Shown in pieces: positions 59,030 to 64,000 of a stretch of 64,000 bases of DNA; position 1 is the first letter of the stretch, and every line of letters starts with the position of its first letter. The notes beneath the pieces were generated by a model that had not been told where the DNA came from, did not search any database, and saw nothing but the letters and a program-made list of their open reading frames with translations. The DNA is from Planctomycetota bacterium. GTDB taxonomy: Bacteria; Planctomycetota; UBA1135; UBA2386. The stretch covers positions 2,336,001-2,400,000 of the forward strand of contig JBKAGP010000001.1 in the NCBI GenBank assembly GCA_046290465.1, written 5' to 3'. A program made the translations under genes and the position numbers.

Positions 59030-59307
59030 CGCCGGCCTCCCCGCTCGACCTTCATGCCGGCGCGCACCAGCGTCGTGCACGAACGCACGGTCGCGCCGTC
59101 GACGACGACCAGGCACTCGTAGCAGATGCCCATGTTGCACAGCACGCCGCGCGGCTCGCCGTCGCGGCTGCTGTTGCGCACCGCCGACGTCTCCGCAGCC
59201 CACAGCGCCATCGCGACCGAGTCGCCGGCATACGCGGTGACCGACCGCCCCTCGAACGAGAACTCGACCAGCTCGCGCTCGCCCAGGCCCGGGATCCGTC
59301 CACTCAT
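59026..59307 (-). CDS. 2Fe-2S subunit (LhpE/HcnA-like)
   Basis: GDSVAMAL, GEPRGVLCNMGICYEC...RSC; ATGA overlaps on both sides. Confidence 0.88.
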   Translation of the reverse strand: MSGRIPGLGERELVEFSFEGRSVTAYAGDSVAMALWAAETSAVRNSSRDGEPRGVLCNMGICYECLVVVDGATVRSCTTLVRAGMKVERGGRR

Positions 59308-60485
59308 GCGACGAACCTCGACGGCAGGTACGGCGTCACGTCGATCTCGGTGTCGACGCCGGCGATCTGCTGCGCCAGCAACAGGCCGGTGATCGGCGCC
59401 ATCGAGATGCCGAGGCCTTCGTGGCCGGCGGCGATGTAGAAACCCTCGACCGGATCCCACGGACCGATCAGCGGGTGGTTGTCGATCGAGTAGGGCCGCA
59501 GGCCCACCCAGGTGCGCACGATCGGCGCCGCCGCGACGCCCGGCGCGTAGCGCTGCGCGCGCTGCAGCGAACGGTGCAGCAGCTCGCGGTTGAGCTGCTT
59601 CTGCATGCCGCAGAACTGGCGCGTGCTGCCGATCAGGCAGCCGCCGTTGCTCTGCGGCTGCATGTTGACCGCGTGGCCGCCCGGATCGCTGTCGGTGCTG
59701 GTCGGATCGATCTTGCTGGCCGCGTGCGCGAACCGCAGGTAGCTGATCTCGAGCAGCTGCGTGCGGATCGGCGAGACGTGGTGGCCGGTGATCGCCAGGT
59801 TGCCGGCGCGCGGGTAGATCGGCAGGCGCTGCTCGCCCAGCCGTTCGCTGAGGTCGGGCGCCCAGACGCCGCAGGCGTTGACGACCGTGTTGGTCGCGAT
59901 CACGCCGTGCTCGGTGCGCACCGCCGTGATGCGGCCGCCGTCGCGCTCGAAGCCCTGCACCGCGCAGTGCGGCCGCACCACCACGTTGGGGTTGCGCCGC
60001 TTGGCGCCGCGCAGCATCGCACCGCACGCGAGCATCGGCAGCACGACGCCGTCGCCGGGGTAGAAGATCGCGCCCGGCACGTCGTCGGCGAGCCCGGGTT
60101 CGAGGTCGCGCAGCTGCTTCTGGTCGAGCGCGTCGGCGCGATCGCCGCACTCCGCGAACTGCTTCTGCAGCACCGCGAACATCTCCTGGTCCTCGTCGGT
60201 CTCGGCCAGGTAGAGCGCGCCGGTCGGGTTGTAGTCGAAGCCGCCGAGATCGTCGTTCATCCGGCCCCACAGGTCGACGCTGGTCTTGGTCAGCGCGTAT
60301 TCCTGGGCACTGTCGGGCGTGACCATCAGGTGGCCCATGCACGAGCCCGACGTCGCACCGGCGACGGGGCCACGATCACAGAGCACGATGCGCGTCGACG
60401 GATCGAGCAGCTGCGCCAGGTAGTAGACGACGGAGCTGCCGATCACGCCGCCGCCGATGACGACGATGTCCGCGGTTTCGGTCAT
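59304..60485 (-). CDS. DAO-family FAD oxidoreductase (LhpB/HcnC-like subunit)
   Basis: IGGGVIG, GATSGSCMGHL, LIGSTRQF, WVGLRP, GHEGLGI. Confidence 0.88.
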   Translation of the reverse strand: MTETADIVVIGGGVIGSSVVYYLAQLLDPSTRIVLCDRGPVAGATSGSCMGHLMVTPDSAQEYALTKTSVDLWGRMNDDLGGFDYNPTGALYLAETDEDQEMFAVLQKQFAECGDRADALDQKQLRDLEPGLADDVPGAIFYPGDGVVLPMLACGAMLRGAKRRNPNVVVRPHCAVQGFERDGGRITAVRTEHGVIATNTVVNACGVWAPDLSERLGEQRLPIYPRAGNLAITGHHVSPIRTQLLEISYLRFAHAASKIDPTSTDSDPGGHAVNMQPQSNGGCLIGSTRQFCGMQKQLNRELLHRSLQRAQRYAPGVAAAPIVRTWVGLRPYSIDNHPLIGPWDPVEGFYIAAGHEGLGISMAPITGLLLAQQIAGVDTEIDVTPYLPSRFVA

Positions 60486-60540
60486 GAACAGGGGCGACGA
60501 TGATGCCTGCTGCGGCGGCCAGCGCAAGTAAGCTGCCGCG

Positions 60541-62613
60541 ATGCGCGCGCTGCTGTCGGCATTCTTCGTCTCGGCCAATCTTGCCGCCCAGGCCCCGGTG
60601 GCGGTCCCCGACGACGCGACGGCCGACCAGGTGGTCGCGCTCGCGGGCGAGGTCCGGCCGAGCCCGCGGCAGCTCGCCTGGCAGGCGACCGGCTTCAACG
60701 CGTTCGTGCACTTCGGCATGAACACGTTCACCGACCGCGAATGGGGCGATGGCACCGAGTCGCCAACGACCTTCGCGCCGACCGGGTTCGACGCCGGCCA
60801 GTGGGCCCGCACGTTCCGCGATGCCGGCATGCGCGGCCTGGTGCTGACCTGCAAGCACCACGACGGCTTCTGCCTGTGGCCGTCGGCGACGACCGGACAC
60901 GACGTCACCAGCTCGCCGTTCCGCGGCGGCGCGGGCGACGTCGTCGGCGAGGTCGCCGCGGCCTGCCGCGAGCACGGTCTGCGGTTCGGTGTCTACCTGT
61001 CGCCGTGGGACCGCAACCAGAAGACGTTCGGGACCAAGGCCTACCAGAAGGTGTTCCTGCAGCAGTTGCGCGAGCTCTGCACCGGCTACGGCGAGCTGTT
61101 CGAGGTCTGGTTCGACGGCGCGCACTGCCCGCCGGACGACCCCGAGGTGTTCGACTGGCAGGCGGTGTTCGAGCTGGTGCGCGAGCTGCAGCCGAACGCC
61201 GTGATCGCGATCACCGGGCCGGACGTGCGCTGGGTCGGCAACGAGGCCGGCGTGACGCGCGGCGACGAGTGGAGCGTGCTGCCGCTGCCGGAGGCCGCGC
61301 CGGGGCCGTTCGCGAGCGACCGGCAGAGCTGGCGTTCGCTGTGGGCGCTGCGCGCGCGCAACCAGGCGCAGGATCTCGGCAGCCGCGACCGGCTGCGAAC
61401 GGCGCGGGCGCTGTGCTGGTGGCCGGCGGAGACCGACGTGTCGATCCGGCCGGGCTGGTTCTACCACGCGCACGAGGACGCTGAGGTCAAGCCGTTCACG
61501 ACGCTGCTCGACTACTGGTTCACCGCGGTCGGCGGCAACGCGGTGCTGCTGCTCAACGTGCCGGCCGATCGGCGCGGGCGGATCGCCGACGCCGACGCGC
61601 GGGTGCTGCGCGACGTCGGTCGCTACTTGCAGGCGACGTTCGACGACGACCTGACGCGAGCCGGCGACGTGCGCAACGGAGAGGTGCACTTCGACGAGCC
61701 GGTCACCGTCGACCTGTTCGACCTGCGCGAGGACGTCGGCAACCGCGGCCAGCGCATCGAGGAGTTCTCGATCGACGTGCTCGACGGTTCGCACTGGCGC
61801 GAGTGGACACGCGGCACGACGGTCGGCTTTCGTCGCCTGTTGCGCACCGATGCGATCACCTCCAAGGCGTTCCGGTTCCGCGTCGAGCGCAGCCGCGGCG
61901 ACGCCGCGATCGCGTCGTTCGGCCTCTACCGCCGGCCGCCGCTGCTGCGTGCGCCGACGATGCGCCGCCTCGCCAACGGCGACGTGCTGCTCGATGCCGG
62001 TGGCCTGCCGGTGCGCTACACGACCGACGGCACAGCCGTGACCGCGCAGTCCCCGCGCTACCGGGAACCGTTCGCTCTGCCCGCCGGCGGCACGGTGCGC
62101 GCCCGGGCGTTTGCACCCGCGGCCAACCGCGACGTGGTGCTCGGCACCGCCAGCGAGACCAGCCGGACGTTCGGCCTGGCGCGGCTCGGCTGGGGCGTGC
62201 TCGACTGTTCGAGCGAGCAGGCCGACAAGGGCGAAGGCGCGGCCAACGCGATCGACGGCGACCCCGACACGATCTGGCACACGCGCTACGCGCCCGACAC
62301 GCCCGAACACCCCCACCACCTGACGATCGACCTCGGCGCCGCGCACGACCTGACCGGCTTCGTCTACGTGCCGCGCAAGGGCGGCGGCAACGGCACGATT
62401 GCGGCCTACGAGTTCTTCGGCAGCGCCGACGGCGTCACCTTCACCTCGCTGGCCGAGGGCACGTTCGGCAACATCGCCAACAACCCGACCGCGCGCACCG
62501 TGCAGCTGCCGAAGCGGGCCGAGGGCACGCGCTACGTCCGCCTCGTCGCGCGCCGCGAGGCCGACGGCAAGCCGTGGGCATCCGTCGCAGAGTTGTCTGT
62601 GCTGGTGCGATGA
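60541..62613 (+). CDS. Alpha-L-fucosidase (GH29) with C-terminal F5/8 type C (CBM32-like) domain
   Basis: FVHFGMNTF, KHHDGFCLWPS, YLSPWDRN, WFDGA, RWVGNE, DVSIRPGWFY; AIDGDPDTIWHT. Confidence 0.92.
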   Translation: MRALLSAFFVSANLAAQAPVAVPDDATADQVVALAGEVRPSPRQLAWQATGFNAFVHFGMNTFTDREWGDGTESPTTFAPTGFDAGQWARTFRDAGMRGLVLTCKHHDGFCLWPSATTGHDVTSSPFRGGAGDVVGEVAAACREHGLRFGVYLSPWDRNQKTFGTKAYQKVFLQQLRELCTGYGELFEVWFDGAHCPPDDPEVFDWQAVFELVRELQPNAVIAITGPDVRWVGNEAGVTRGDEWSVLPLPEAAPGPFASDRQSWRSLWALRARNQAQDLGSRDRLRTARALCWWPAETDVSIRPGWFYHAHEDAEVKPFTTLLDYWFTAVGGNAVLLLNVPADRRGRIADADARVLRDVGRYLQATFDDDLTRAGDVRNGEVHFDEPVTVDLFDLREDVGNRGQRIEEFSIDVLDGSHWREWTRGTTVGFRRLLRTDAITSKAFRFRVERSRGDAAIASFGLYRRPPLLRAPTMRRLANGDVLLDAGGLPVRYTTDGTAVTAQSPRYREPFALPAGGTVRARAFAPAANRDVVLGTASETSRTFGLARLGWGVLDCSSEQADKGEGAANAIDGDPDTIWHTRYAPDTPEHPHHLTIDLGAAHDLTGFVYVPRKGGGNGTIAAYEFFGSADGVTFTSLAEGTFGNIANNPTARTVQLPKRAEGTRYVRLVARREADGKPWASVAELSVLVR

Positions 62614-62641
62614 CGGCGGCGGTTGCTATGGTCGCGGTACG

Positions 62642-63886
<1,245 letters not shown>

Positions 63887-63899
63887 CCCACCGCGCCGC

Positions 63900-63976
63900 A
63901 ACCACCGCATACCGAACCGGGTTCATCCTGCGCCGCGAAGCGGCGCAGGATGAACCCGGTTCGGTATGCGGTGGTT
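63900..63976. repeat. Perfect inverted repeat: 37-bp arms, 3-nt GAA loop
   Basis: 63900-63936 is the exact reverse complement of 63940-63976. Confidence 0.95.
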
Positions 63977-64000
63977 CACGCGCGGTGGATCAGGCGCCGG

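Overview
A very GC-rich, gene-dense bacterial chromosome segment. The gene families (multiple Hanks kinases, DUF1579, secreted beta-propeller proteins, PEP-CTERM) suggest an uncultured Planctomycetota; this is inference only. There are two housekeeping operons on the minus strand: glmU-prs-rplY-pth-rpsF-rpsR-rplI-rimO-pgsA-pgpA followed by a HAMP/SpoIIE-like gene and a MazG-like gene, and aroF-tpiA-secG-yicC-gmk-coaC-prmA. Also present are priA, rlmD-like and rsmJ-like methyltransferases, three Ser/Thr kinase genes (one cut by the left edge), a surface-polysaccharide cluster (about 38.4-45.7 kb), a VIT/PEP-CTERM protein, a MASE1 hybrid histidine kinase, an LhpBEF/HcnCAB-like flavoprotein triad, a GH29 fucosidase and two peptidases. 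I saw no rRNA, tRNA, CRISPR array, transposase, integrase or reverse transcriptase. Most notable observations: (1) three secreted proteins with different passenger domains share a roughly 110-130 aa C-terminal domain that looks like an undescribed export or surface-anchoring tag; (2) a 284-bp kinase N-lobe is duplicated 21 kb apart with a single synonymous difference; (3) short tandem and palindromic repeats sit on gene 3' ends, apparently removing stop codons in several cases; (4) a likely catalytically degenerate PP2C is coupled to a MazG-like gene; (5) a perfect 37-bp-stem hairpin lies at the right end. All family calls come from motifs recognised by eye, with no database searches.
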